A DNA stretch of 62,532 bases from Candidatus Bathycorpusculum soli. Lineage in GTDB: Archaea; Thermoproteota; Bathyarchaeia; Bathyarchaeales; Bathycorpusculaceae. Below, one piece after another: positions 62,415-62,532 of the stretch. The notes beneath the pieces were generated by a model. The model did no database searches. It saw only the letters and a program-made list of their open reading frames with translations, and had not been told where the DNA came from. The stretch covers positions 1 through 62,532 of the forward strand of contig JAITMO010000067.1 in assembly GCA_031277345.1 (NCBI GenBank). The letters run 5' to 3'. Numbering within the stretch: position 1 is the first letter of the stretch; the number at the start of each line of letters is the position of its first letter. Made by a program: the position numbers and the translations under genes.

Positions 62415-62532
62415 GGTCATGCATTAAAATGGTTGATAAGTTGGGATAAATGATATATCATTGCTATAGAAGCAAATAATCATGATAAGTAAAGCGATTA
62501 AATGTATTCATTGTGAAAGCAAAGATATCGTA
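62415..62532 (+). mobile_element. Probable left end of an IS1-family element (truncated by window edge)
   Basis: GGTCATGC terminus at 62415; ORF from 62482 reads MISKAIKCIHCESKDIV (InsA-type CxxC). Confidence 0.5.

Overview
Low-GC archaeal chromosomal window. The gene content points to Bathyarchaeia (TACK), possibly a host- or gut-associated lineage (inference). Most of it is housekeeping: NAC, TrxB, uS15-RecJ/GAN-Pcc1, Cdc48, RtcA, Trm5, FEN-1, aEF-1beta, ABCE1, enolase, uS2, MEMO1, the Rpp21-YhbY-eS19-PDCD5-eL39-eL31-aIF6-eL20-prefoldin-FtsY cluster, PaaK-IorAB and tRNA-Cys. Mixed in are a dolichol-phosphate/protein O-mannosylation-like locus, several large membrane-anchored surface proteins and many decayed IS elements (IS630, IS5, IS1, IS91) plus two copies of a 127-bp MITE. 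Elements absent from the ORF track or otherwise unusual: (1) a DUF3800 gene abutting a compact, promoter-preceded, multi-hairpin ncRNA candidate in an island after tRNA-Cys; (2) an orphan 2-spacer CRISPR mini-array with an IS630 relic where the leader should be; (3) a 25-aa D/E/W micropeptide gene with its own TATA box, SD and terminator upstream of ABCE1; (4) a C/D-box sRNA candidate; (5) a lone arcadin-1 homologue; (6) an IorA with an inserted four-cluster ferredoxin; (7) a saw-tooth G+T versus A+C strand skew that flips every few kb regardless of gene orientation. All calls come from reading motifs by eye; no database searches were run.
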